The notes: generated by a model from the letters alone, not told the origin. Numbered from the stretch's first letter, positions 49,490 to 61,228 are shown. The stretch: DNA of 64,000 nt from Eremomyces bilateralis CBS 781.70 (GCA_010015585.1 ML975154.1), one strand, 5' to 3'. Program-made: numbers and translations.

Positions 49490-50340
49490 CTTAGAAACAG
49501 CTCCAAAGGCGAATAAACGAGCGCGAAAAACTCAAGATCAATCAAGGGAAAGCGAGTGACTCTTGCACGAAACCGTATAGAAGGACGGACTCAGTAATAA
49601 TTAAAGAACAGACGGAACCTGGACTTCAAAAAGAAGAATCCGACAGGATAAATACGAGATTTTACACATGTTGAGGGTACTCAAGCCGTAAACATGACAG
49701 GGAGCATGGATTTCTAACCGGATCCTGAAATGTATCATGCAGAAATTTATTGCAGAGATGCCCACAATATTACGTCAAGTGGATCGGTACGACCCACTAA
49801 AAGGATCAAAAGAAGCAGCCCAGCGTTGATCATGCTGGGCTCTCCACAGTCGACGGTGCTTGGCAGGGCTGAAGCTCCAATAATGGGAGCCCATTTCGGC
49901 CGGGTGTGATAGTTAGTCCGTCCCACCCCACAAACTTAGGTTCAACCCTCAGCGTTCTGTCCCGCCAGCTCCAGGATCGATACGATAATTAGATGCAGAT
50001 GGGATCAATAGGGAACATACCCAGCAAGTTGTTCTCAGGGGTTAAACCCTCTCACCAACCAAACTCAATTCCCTTTGCGCAGTACTACGATTTGCCGCTA
50101 GATAGGAATAGAAGAATAATAAAAAGCATATCCATTTCTCGAGGTATTCCGTATATATAAGAGGCAAGAACTTATGGTCGGGTCAAACTGGCCGTCGCCC
50201 CAAACAGCCTTTCACCTAAATGGGCTCCTCATCCCATGCTGACCGAGCCCAATCAGGCTCCTTAACCCAAATACCCTTTTACGTATCACAGTCCAGTACC
50301 GTACTAGCCTCACGAAACAGACCCGGGCACCCGGGCAACT

Positions 50341-50445
50341 TGTTGCAAGATGTCCCTGTTGATTTCAATGCCAATGAAACAATCCTATCGGCCACCACAA
50401 CAGGTATCCTTTCTACGTAGCCCCTGCCTAGTGCCTACACACAGG
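50341..50445 (+). repeat. Degenerate direct repeat, copy B
   Basis: tgttgcaagatgtccctgttgatttcaatgcca; differences from copy A include C>T, C>T and G>A. Confidence 0.55.
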
Positions 50446-50928
50446 ACAACCGACAAATCATGTTTTGAGCGCAGTGACCATGACGCTGCAGTTAGCAGTT
50501 TTGATGGAGGTTAGCTCTCCGAACCCATCGGCACAGTGAACACAATGCTTCATCGTGTCTAGATAGAGGCTCGGGAAGCGGCCTGCTATTACCCAGGGGG
50601 AATATTGTCATCTTTAGGCCATTCTCCGGCACAAATAAATCTGTAGGGAAAATGTCCAGGAATTTCGCAGGTCTTTTGAAGGGGTTTTGTAGGTTATTTT
50701 CCCTCAACTGGGACCTATGTGACCGGGAACCTCACACTTTTTGAAGCCTCAAGCTTCAATTTGAACTGTCATTTCGAGCTCTTGCAATTACTACTTGAAG
50801 TTTTCACCTGCCACCTGCTATCCTCATGTGACGTCTACATCTTAAGCGCCTATCATGTCGTCGTCCCCGAAAACGTCTGCGACGCCCTCCAGAACCCCGA
50901 TCCTCTGAATCCGCCGCAAAGTTATATA

Positions 50929-51822
50929 ATGCCTCCACGCAATCGGTCACTAGGTCGCGACGTCCATATCTACGATGTCAATGACCGCACTACTGTTCTC
51001 GGTGGTCTAATCCTTACAAATGGCGTCACGAATGCCAACTTCTACTCGATGGTGGAGATTATCGTCTTGTTTAGAACTGCTTTCGAACTACAAAACGAAT
51101 AAAGATTATAAAGTACTAAGATCCAAAAGACTAACGACCCGCTTCGGCCAGGGAATTACTACATTCACGCCGCTGATAAATGTACAGCCATCTTATCATA
51201 CCCAGGCTAATCTTTGCTCCGAATATAGGTTCTTTCTCGGTTAACAACGAGTCGTGGCTAGTCCGTATAATATTTCATGCTAGTGGAACTCGTACTCAGT
51301 CTTTCCGCGATACCGTCCGCTCACGGGATCGTCGATGCGTTGTATTTGGGGAGGTTGCAGTTGACGCACAATTCGACTACTGGGATGGCTTTGAGGCCGC
51401 ACACATCTTTCCAATAGCCTACGAAGACCATTGGGAGGCTTACAGCTACAATCCCTGGATTACAATTCTACCGGACAAAGGAGGAACCATCAACTCAGTG
51501 CAGAACGGCATGTTACTTTGAAGCGATATACACCAGTTATTTGATAGCTATAGCTTCTCGATCAACCCTGACGTATGAATACCTCGATTCAAGGAAGATT
51601 TAGCCTGCTAATAATATTTTAGGATAATTACAAGGTTGTATTCTTCCGCCATGATGGGAAAGGCCTTGCTGGAAAGCATCTTGACCGAAAGCTTCTTGAT
51701 AATCCTCAACGGCCCGTTGATCAACTGCTGCGATGGCACTTCGGACAGGCCGTCTTAGCCAATATGAGAGGTGCTGGCGAGCCAGTCTTCGAGCACGACT
51801 TCCTTCCTGGCTCCGACATAGC
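50929..51822 (+). pseudogene. Fungal HNH endonuclease (HNH_2-type) pseudogene
   Basis: FRDTVRSRDRRCVV, FEAAHIFP, INSVQNGMLL*SDIHQLFD, LLRWHFGQAVLANMRGAGEPVFEHDF. In-frame stops at 51100 and 51519; first intron has no valid donor at the expected place; C-terminus appears truncated. Confidence 0.85.
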
Positions 51823-52481
51823 GGTAATACGTGGGATAGCGTGATGAAAAAAGGAAAACACTGCTTCTACAGTAGTTGTGTTGGCACCGTGTACTCAAGG
51901 ACCGGTGGGATGGTGCAAAAGCGATCGTGGCGCAGAGGATGGCGCAGCACTCGAAGCAGACAAAGAGAGAGTCCCAGCCCTGCTGCAATGCACTAATACG
52001 ATGTAGGATATTCTCTTGTCAGGAGGACTGTGCGCCAAGAAGAAATCGAAGCTAGAAGCGTGAAACCAGAAACCGATACTGCTTGTCACTGTAACTGATA
52101 CATAGCTGGTTTATAGAACCAACAAGATCTGTTCCTGCGAGAAAGTGGCCCAAAACGAGGTCTTCGCGATGAGTACTTTTTTTAATAGATCAATCAGAAC
52201 ACAGGATTCCTAGGTTACATGAATGGGATGTATATGAAGCATTTCCCTTATGATAATATGATGACAGATGCGAGCCATTTATATCGAACTCGGTCGTGAA
52301 TTGTGAATCGATGTGACGCTAAACCCAATCGGTAACCCTTGTATCCGTACATCGCATCTCAATCTTCATCATTCCATTCTCTAGCTTTGGATTCTGCGAC
52401 AGTACAGGTATTCTTTCCACGCCTCTCACTAATATCCAACGGAAAGCTGCCAGCAGCATACAGATTACCTTCACCTCAATA

Positions 52482-53459
52482 ATGGCGACCCCAACGACCG
52501 ACCCAAAGCTCATGTCCTCGCGACTCATGAACATGAAGGTACGCCCTCCACTCCCGCTCTTCTACTGAACACCCTCTCCCTCCCCAGCGCAACAACTAAC
52601 GAACTCACCAGTTCATGCAACGCGCCACCGGCACCCCCCCTTCCACCCCCGCCGAACCCCCCAGCAAACGCCAACGCCTATCCACCTGCCCCACTCCATC
52701 CACGCCCTCCTCCACCTACGCCCTTCCTCCCTCCGCCTCCCGCGACCAGTTCCTCGAGCACCAAGCACAGTTCTCGGGCGAGACGCAGTGGGTGCTGAGC
52801 GTGGCGCCGCGAGAGGGCGGGGAGAGCGGAGGAGAAGGGGGGATGAAGGTAAGGAAGGTGGGGTTTGCAGCGATTGATGGGGAGGATGGGGGGGAGGGGA
52901 GGGAGGAGGATGAGGAGGGGGAAGAGGGTGAAGTGGGTGAGGGGGAAGGGGTACGGACGGGGAGGAAGAAAGTGGCGGTGGGAAGGAGGACGTATGGGAA
53001 TTTTCAGCGGAAGAAGGAGGAAAAGGTATGTGGACACCCTATTCTTCGTTGAAGGTCATATGACGATGGATCTTCCATACGACCTTGGCACGTTTCCCTT
53101 CTCCCAACATCCGATCTTACTAATTTCCCCCGCAGCCAAAACCAGAATACCACGCCCCCGACGACGACCTATCCTCCGACACCGACTCCACCTCCTCCTC
53201 CGGCGAAGAGGAAGACGACCGGGAACCGCGCCACTCTCGCTCCAACGCCCCACCCTCCCGCCCCCGCCCCGAAGAACCGTCACTCCACCGCGTCAAATCC
53301 ATCTCCTCCGGCGGCGCCGCGAAGCGCTCGGGCGGGTTCGGGTCCGGAAGGGGAGCGGGCTCGGGCCACTCGAATTCGCCTGGGCAGGGGAGCGCGAGTG
53401 GAGGATGTTTTAAATGTGGGAGGAAGGGGCATGTTAAGGCGCGGTGTCCGGAGCGGTAG
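52482..53459 (+). CDS. Mpp6-like protein with a C-terminal CCHC zinc knuckle, 3 exons
   Basis: MSSRLMNMK-intron-FMQRA, GRRTYGNF, second intron GTATGT..CAG, ends GCFKCGRKGHVKARCPER*. Confidence 0.72.
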
Positions 53460-53976
53460 TGGTGGCGTTGTGAGGCGGGGATGGGATGGACGATTCTGAT
53501 GGTGTGTGTCGCTTGTGTCAATCGTATAGGGGACCCTGGCGCGTAGGGGGATAGGAAGGGTTGGGATATGGAGCTCATACAAAGGTCTTCGATTCATATA
53601 GAATGGGGCTACTAGCCAGAGCGGAGCAGCTGACGGTATCTGACATGGAAACCGCTTATAGCACCTAAGAGTAGCGTCACAACGACGTATGTATAAACTT
53701 CAAGCTTGCTCCTTGAGCTAAATTCTATTTCGTGTCCGTCGCCCACGCATACATCCCCACGACCCTAACTAAGGTACATAAGAATCAGATGGTATCTATA
53801 CCCCTCAGTCTTCAGCCGGGCATCCGTTCCCAATCACCGCATACCTAGTTCATCGCAATTCCAACCAATGCAGACGCGACGCGACGGATGTTCGCGTCGA
53901 ACGAAGGCAAATACAGATATAACCCCGGGACTCCGTTCATCACTTTTCATATCGCGAGTTTCACCCGACTCCTATA

Positions 53977-56055
53977 CTACCCCCCATTCTCCTTCATCAT
54001 TACCTCCACCTCCTTCACCTCCACCTCAATCCCCTTCCTTTCCCTCCCCACCGTCCCCGCCCTCGCACTCCCCTCCCCCCTCGTTCCCCGCCCAATACTC
54101 CCCAACCACGCCTCCGCACTCCTCACTGTCCCCTCCACCACCAACGCCACCTGACTCAACATCTCTAGCGCCTCCCGCCCAAACGCCAACACCCGCGTCG
54201 CATGCCGCACCGCCCCCTCGTCCCCCGCGCCCTGCCGCGGCGTCGCGCGCTCCCCATCCTGTGCGCCCGCTGTCGTCCCCGTTTCTTCGCCCGCCATCTG
54301 CCACCGGCCGGGGAGGGAGAGCAGCTGTCTCCGCACCAGCGCGCCGGCGTTCTCCGGCAACGCGCCGCCGGCGTATCGCGATACGGCGTGGGTGACGTGG
54401 CGGAGGGTCGCGAACAAGTCGTCGGTGAGGGAGTGGAGGCGCGCGGCGAGCTGGGTAGCGTCGGCGGCGACACGATCGTGTGCGGAGTGGGAGGAGTAGG
54501 ATCGGGAGTGGTTTGTTGGTGGTTGTTGTTGTTGTTGTGAAGAGGAAGAGGAGGGGTCGAATTTGCCGACGAGGAGAGCGAGGGCGCTCATGACGCTAGC
54601 GATGCGCTCAGTGGCGGTGGCGAGGAGGTCGAGGCAGTAACGGAGGCTGGTGAGGCTGGAATCGGAAAGGGCGACGCCGAGGCCACTGGTGGTCATCATG
54701 AGTTGCGTGCTCCAGGTCTGCGGGTGTCGCGGTTGTCGGTCCCGCTCGGATTGGCCGGGTGGGGCTAACATCTGCTTTTCGGACGGGTGTTCGGGGTGGG
54801 GGTCGAGAGTCTCATAGTTCGGGCTGCGGTGCTCCTCATCGTAGGGAGGGAGCGATTCGCGGTCGTGGTCGCTGCGGCTTGCGAGGCTGGCTTGGCTGCT
54901 GTTGCGGATTTGCGGTATGTTGAACTCCGCGGTCGCGGGCGTGGCGGGCGTGCTGAGAGCTTTTTCGATGTCGACGAGAGATTCCGCCTGCGCCACGTCG
55001 GACGCGCTGCTTTCGAGGGACATCACGCGTCTCCGTTTGCCATCCGGACCGTTGGCTCGTACGTCCGCGTCACCGTCCTTCCGCCGCGCTTTGGCCGTGT
55101 CTTTCAAGTACTTCCGGACGGCACCCTCGACACCGGTGCGGCGGGATACGGAGCCGACGGTCTGTACCACCGGGCTGCCGACGGAATTGACGGCGCGTTC
55201 GACGCGTTCGACTTGCGAGCGGATGAAGGACGGGGAGTAGTGTTTGCTCGTGGCATATGCGGTGATCGAACCGGTGATGGCGGAGGAAAGGAGGGGGTGG
55301 GAAGACGTCAACAGGGTGAGCAGCGGCTCCGAGGCCTCGTCGACATCCACCGTGGCGTTCGACGACGCGTTCGGAGAATATACCGCCGGCGGCGAATGCT
55401 GCGGGACGCTGGCTGGCGTCATTGGGAGCGGTTGTGATGCCCCGGCGGAGGACATGCTCGCGCGGGCCACATGCGGACTCCCGGTCCTCCCCCTAAAGAA
55501 ATCCGGATTCCCCAGCCCACTGAGCGCCTCCGCCGCCATCCGCACATCCGGATCGTCCATCGACAGGTTGGAGATGGTGTTTAGCGTATTGTTCACGCTG
55601 CCGGTGGTGCTGGTGCTCGTCTGCCTCCGCATGCCGGCGCCTTGCGCCGCGTGGCTGTGCGTATGCGCCGGGTCGTCGTAGCTCAGCACGCTCTCCCGCG
55701 GACTTGTCATCGCGCTCTGCGATCCGGGGACGGTCGCTGGTACCCGTGGGAAGTGGCCCGGATGCATCATCGATGGGTTCGTCCAGGCGGAGTGCGGCAG
55801 CGCGGAGCCATACGCTCCGCCATTGAAGCCGCTACCCGATAGCCGCTCGTCGCGCTTCGAGGGCGGGAGGCCCAAGGATTTTAGATCGGGCAGGTTGAGC
55901 GATGTCGACGGCTTGTGGCGTGGCACGGCGGGGAAGTCGAGGGTCGAACGATCTGTCTGCGTCGGTTGTGGAGGGGAGGTTGACGCAAATGGCTGGCGTG
56001 GTGATTGCGATTGCGAGTAGGACGGAGGACGACTCCGTGGTTGTTGTAGCTCCAT
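53977..56055 (-). CDS. OPI1: Opi1-family transcriptional repressor (Yas3/ccg-8-like)
   Basis: DDPDVRMAAEALSGL (Sin3-interaction-like), WSTQLMMTTSGLGVALS...SLRYCL, VSRYAGGALPENA...VRRQLLSLPGRW. Confidence 0.85.
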   Translation of the reverse strand: MELQQPRSRPPSYSQSQSPRQPFASTSPPQPTQTDRSTLDFPAVPRHKPSTSLNLPDLKSLGLPPSKRDERLSGSGFNGGAYGSALPHSAWTNPSMMHPGHFPRVPATVPGSQSAMTSPRESVLSYDDPAHTHSHAAQGAGMRRQTSTSTTGSVNNTLNTISNLSMDDPDVRMAAEALSGLGNPDFFRGRTGSPHVARASMSSAGASQPLPMTPASVPQHSPPAVYSPNASSNATVDVDEASEPLLTLLTSSHPLLSSAITGSITAYATSKHYSPSFIRSQVERVERAVNSVGSPVVQTVGSVSRRTGVEGAVRKYLKDTAKARRKDGDADVRANGPDGKRRRVMSLESSASDVAQAESLVDIEKALSTPATPATAEFNIPQIRNSSQASLASRSDHDRESLPPYDEEHRSPNYETLDPHPEHPSEKQMLAPPGQSERDRQPRHPQTWSTQLMMTTSGLGVALSDSSLTSLRYCLDLLATATERIASVMSALALLVGKFDPSSSSSQQQQQPPTNHSRSYSSHSAHDRVAADATQLAARLHSLTDDLFATLRHVTHAVSRYAGGALPENAGALVRRQLLSLPGRWQMAGEETGTTAGAQDGERATPRQGAGDEGAVRHATRVLAFGREALEMLSQVALVVEGTVRSAEAWLGSIGRGTRGEGSARAGTVGRERKGIEVEVKEVEVMMKENGG

Positions 56056-56975
56056 CGTTGCGGTTTAGATATGTCAACCGCACCGCTTTGCAGAAGGATG
56101 TGGCTCTGCGGGCTCGGTGTCGCCCATACACGGCCTCGCTTCTGGATGTTCCAGTACTGAGCAACTGATGTCTTCCTCGTCCAGTATTTTGACCCGGTGG
56201 AAATTCGTGGTGATGAGCGAAACCGGCGTCAGATTCACCCAGGCCGTGTTGGATGTCTTGGCGGCTCGTGATAGTTCAATCCTCCAGTTTCAATAACGAC
56301 GACCGACTAGGTTTGCATGTGCAAGAGGGTCCGTTCCAGCGGGTTCGTCAGCGCGGATGGCTCTGCTCGATCGCGGATGGATTTTGAGGCCTGCAAACGG
56401 AACGGATGTAGGTAGGATGGATGGCCGGTGGGAGGTCGAAAGAAATATCGGACCGGATGGTGTAAGGATAGATCGTAGGAGAGATAGGGTAGGGTAGGAA
56501 AAGACAGGATGAGACGGAAGGTAATCCAGGGCGGATGATGGACTATGGTTGGTTGGATAGCATCTAGCTTTCGTTCTTTGCATGTGAGAATTCCACTATA
56601 GACGGTTTTAATAGTATGTATTGCCGGTAAGAAGGAGGGAGGGATTCGATCTAACTGTGAGTGAGAGAGGAGCAGCATGTGATACAGCCATATTCCTTCG
56701 GATCCCCCACGACGACCCTCTCCCATTCTCCCCCATTTCCCCCCACCACCCTTGGTGCTGAACATAATTAGAGTAGAAACAGGGAGGGGCACGTGAAAGG
56801 GACATGGAAGCTCCTACTGATGCTTATGGTGGGGGAAGCGCCAGTCAGATTGGCTGGATTAACCCTTATACATCGTTACAACTTACAATAGGTGAACAGA
56901 TTAATTGCCATTCACATTTCGCTTCCAAAGCTAAAACAAGTGTAGTAACCTATAGACATCATATCATAACCACCG

Positions 56976-58701
56976 CTAGAAATGTTCCTTCCAAAACTTA
57001 AACTTCACCTCCCGACAATCCGCCTCCTGACACGCCCGCTTGATATCCCTCGCCGCCACGCTCGGCCCGCAGAAATACACCCCCACCTCTGTCCTTAACG
57101 TCGCCTCGAGCCCCCTCCCCCCCAAATCCCGCATATAACTCCCCTCCACAATCCCATCCCTTAGCCCCGTCAACAAGCGCGGAAAGTCCGGCCGCCCAAA
57201 GTTCGTCCGACTCCGCAGCTCCGTCAGCGGATCTTTCGCCTGCCCCACGCTGTTCAGCACGATATTCTGCGCCGCGTCCACGTCCAGCCGCTGCGTCAGG
57301 TACGTATGGATGCGCAGGAAGTCGTCCTGCCCGTCGCCCGCGGCGCCCATGCTCTGCGCCTCGAGGCTGGAGAGCAGCGCCTGGAACCACTCGAAGGACG
57401 CGGTGTCCTTGCACACCCAGATGAACTCGACGCGGCGGAGGCGGCGCGGCGGGTTGGGGCCCTGGCGGAGGTGGTAGATGTTCTTGAGGATTGACGCCCA
57501 TGGGGTGACGCCGATGCCGGTGCCGATGAGCACGGCGATCTCGTTGGAGAACACGTCCTCGGCGGGCGCGCCGTACGGGCCGTCGATGCGGATCTGCGGC
57601 ATCGTCTGCCCGGCTTGGAGGGCCACTTCATACATGCCGGAGGGGTCGACGGGGCAGCTGGTGATGGTGAAGGGGTGCCATTGGTAGTAGGAGATGGAAG
57701 GGCAGTTGAGGAAGAGCCATTGGCCGGGTTTGTAGTGCATCGAGGGTTTGCGGAATTGGATCTCGACGGCGTCTGGGGCGGTTAGTGGATTCCGCTGAGT
57801 AGGGAAGGTAGGTCTTACCGTATGGATGCTTGACGACCTTAACGATCTCCGTCGCTTGCCGGGCGCGGATTTCACGGTAGATCCGCTCGAGCAGGTATAA
57901 ACCGCCCCCGACTAACTCCCATCGCCAGCCCTCGTATCCAATGCAATGATTCCAGAAATTGGCACCAGCAAACGGGCTATAAGGATCCGTCGTGTCACGC
58001 ACGAAGCATCCGGTCGCATGCGTATACATGCCCAGGAGGAACGGGATGAAGAGGTGATGCGCATACCAAAACGTCTCATACGACTGCTGTCGTACCCGGT
58101 GATGAGCGGTAGTGTACATCAAGAGCATGCACAGCAGCATGATATGCCCGGTAATCCCACCCGCCTGGGTATAATGAATCTGCAGCGCCAGTTCCGGGCG
58201 GAGCTGCGCCTTCTCTACGTTGATGAAGCTGAATCACACGTTAGTATTGACCTGGCAGCACAGCACTCGTTACCTACTTGACGTAATGACTGGCGACATG
58301 AACCATCGTCCACCACAGCAGCTGATAGGCCACCTGCCGATGGAACCATTGCGATTCATCTAGCGGAAGCCATCGAATTTTCGGTCGAACGTATCGGAGG
58401 ATCGTCCGACACATGGGTAACAGAATGATCATCGTATCGACCGACAGAACCAACCCGGCTCCTCGCGAGAACCACACCGAGTACGTGAGCGTGTTCAACC
58501 CCGCGAGACGGGCATCACTTTGCTGCTTCCACCTGGACATAGCAGTTAGTATCGGATCGCGTCATCTGGTCGGGTTGCGCTCTGGGACACTCACCATCCA
58601 ACGGCAAAAAGCGCCCAATGAAGTCCATGGAAAGCGAGGTAGAAAATCAACTTCCGCGCCGTGAAATGCTTCTGCCAGAACGTCCGCTCCGTTTGACCCA
58701 T
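56976..58701 (-). CDS. noxA: NADPH oxidase catalytic subunit NoxA/Nox1 (gp91phox-like), 4 exons, with an apparent internal in-frame deletion
   Basis: SRGAGLVL, WFHRQVAY, HVASHY, FWYAHHLF, WHPFTITSCP, DGPYG, GTGIGVTPW, FGRPDF, YFCGP, WKEHF*; no N-terminal extension or EF-hands. Confidence 0.93.
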
Positions 58702-61182
58702 TTTGCAACGATAGGTCTCCCTTTATCCAAAGTAAACCAGCGGGATGACTTCTGAGGTGCTAGAGGTACTGAGGCGAAGCAAGGAAGCTATCGTCCGATT
58801 CCTTCGAATACGCAATCAAACCCCGAGAAGAAAGAGATGTCGTCCGTGAGGGGTATATACAACCAACCCCGTGATTCGTAACGAGTAGCTAACAAAATGC
58901 AAAGTCGTTTCCAAGAGATTATCGTACGGAAGGGAACGCCGACAGGTGTACCCAGCGCAAAAAAAGAGCGACAATTAGACCTGCAGATGGTAAAAAGGAA
59001 AGGTCACCGGCCAGCCAGATCTAGGAATGAAAGTAGAGATGAGGGAGAAACCTGCGAATGCCCTAGAGTGGACGAGCGGTAGGTATGTGCGGTGGATGAG
59101 TTATGAGGAAATTGTAAATTTGGATCAGTCGCGGATCGCCTGCGCTGCGTATTGGACTGCTTTGTGAAGAGAGGAATGCAATTCCTTTTTCAGATGTAAT
59201 TGTTTGAGGCAGCTCGGGACCAGAGCTGCGAGATCCCGGTGGCCGACGACTTCTGTAGTTCGCCTTCACCTAGTCCTCGGTCTGAAACTGCCGACACTCG
59301 TTAACAGCAGTGTGAATTCTCTCGAGTAATGGGTCCCGGGGGTTGGGTTTGACGTGTTGCTTTCCCATGTACTAGTTGAGAAGTTCAACCATGCAGGTAG
59401 GGCGGTCTGATCGAGGTTGTCTCAGATGTGTATCGGACTGGGACAGAGTCTGAGGGGTCAGGGAGATGTGGTGCGGGATTATCGTGATACAATGCTTCGG
59501 TGGAGTATTCGGAAATGTATGAAGGAAGTCCGTCTGATTTTAACTCGACGGTGGAAATGCGATTTGGATCTAAGGCGCGGAATCCGATATTCCCAGATGA
59601 GTTTCGAATGAAGTAACAGGACACGGTTCCTGATAAAGGTATTTCTCCCGTTCCAGCTCCTAATCCCAGCGTCAATCGTCCGCCAACCTCTTCCAGCAAT
59701 CCTTTAATTCTTTCAAAGTGTGCGGCGCAAATCGCGCTGTGCGGCGATCCAGGGCGAAGGGGGGGCGTTGGTATGGGATGTCGGATCTGAGACGTACAGC
59801 CGTCAGAAGTCCGCCTGACTGAAACGCTGGTGGGCTGTCAGCGGAAGGCGGGGCGCAGAGGTGCTTTCGGCGGTGTGGATAGGTAGCCCGGGGATGGCAG
59901 TGCGCGGCGAGCTCATTGCGGGCGATTGAGGCACATCGTGAGGCGGAAGGAATGGAAGGGAAGATACAGTGTGGAAGGATACGGTAGTGATGCAGAAATG
60001 TTGGCGATGGGCGTTCGCATGTCCAAGTGTGGACTATGGAGAAGCGAGGGACCACCCGATGTACCGACTGGGATCTTCCCGTGAAATCCACCACACTAAT
60101 CGGGATCCTCAAAACCTAAAGCGAGTCAGGAGTAGCGAGGAGGGGTATCAAAGACCAAGGCGAATAGTACGGAATATGCAAGTCAGGATATCACCGACTG
60201 ACATTTCCAGAATAACCAATTCGTTGAGATATCGAATCGGAGACCATTGTTCTCAGTCGATTCTCCCAGAGTTTCCGTGTCTCGTCCAGTCTCCAGGAAG
60301 ATAGAGGAGCTATTTTTGCTCGCACATGGTTCTGCAGCGACAAGGACTGGTCACCAACGGATTGGTGACGTGCGACCCGGAGCATGCAAGGTCCAACCAA
60401 TCTGCATGGTGCTGCAACCGCCCGAAAACAGACTACCCAACGCCCCGGCTTGTCAGTCCTGGAAGGTTGTGGATGGTCACACTTGGTATTCAGCTCTCGT
60501 AATGCCCTTGCATTGTGCTGGTTCGGAACCTGTTGTACTTCGAGGGACTTTTCCAATGAGCCGACATGAAGCGACTCGGCGCTCTGGGTGGGTACGACGG
60601 AAAGTAAAATCGGGTTCACTGACATCCTCCACAGCCCAAACATCACTCTCGACGGGCGTGTTGCCAAATTACCAAAATCTAATTGACAAATGTTACGATC
60701 GAAGTCAACGCCGAGGACACGCCAAAGATCAAGTAAGATTTGAACTAAGAAATTCAGACTTCGCTTCGAAGGATATTGCTAAACTCATCACGCCAAGAGC
60801 GACAACCCCGCTCGACTTGCGGTCGATCTGACATGCGGAAAACTGGTGGCTGGGGATTGGTGACGCATTTAGGGCTCACTCAAGGAATTCAATGTAGCAC
60901 GAATACGGAGTATCCGAGTCGCAATCAGCAAAGCAGCCGGGATAAAAGGTGATCCATATGTGATAATCAAGACCGTATCAGTGGGTTGAAGAAGAGGGCA
61001 TCCACGGCGCCGGGATATCCATTCTGGTTGGAGATCTAGATGGGAGATGGAAAGATGGTGGGAGGGTGGGATGGTGAGTTGGTGATGGTGTGTAGCTGTG
61101 GGAGGGAGGAAGCGAAGCCGAAGGTGACGGTCCGAATCGAGGGGCGGCCTTGGGCGGTCAGGCCCCCTGCAAGCTCCATTTG

Positions 61183-61228
61183 GTTCACAATTCACATTTA
61201 CATTTCACATTTCACATTTCACACTTCA
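61183..61228. repeat. Short TTCACAT heptamer array in the noxA-noxD intergenic region
   Basis: ttcacaattcacatttacatttcacatttcacatttcacacttca. Confidence 0.7.
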
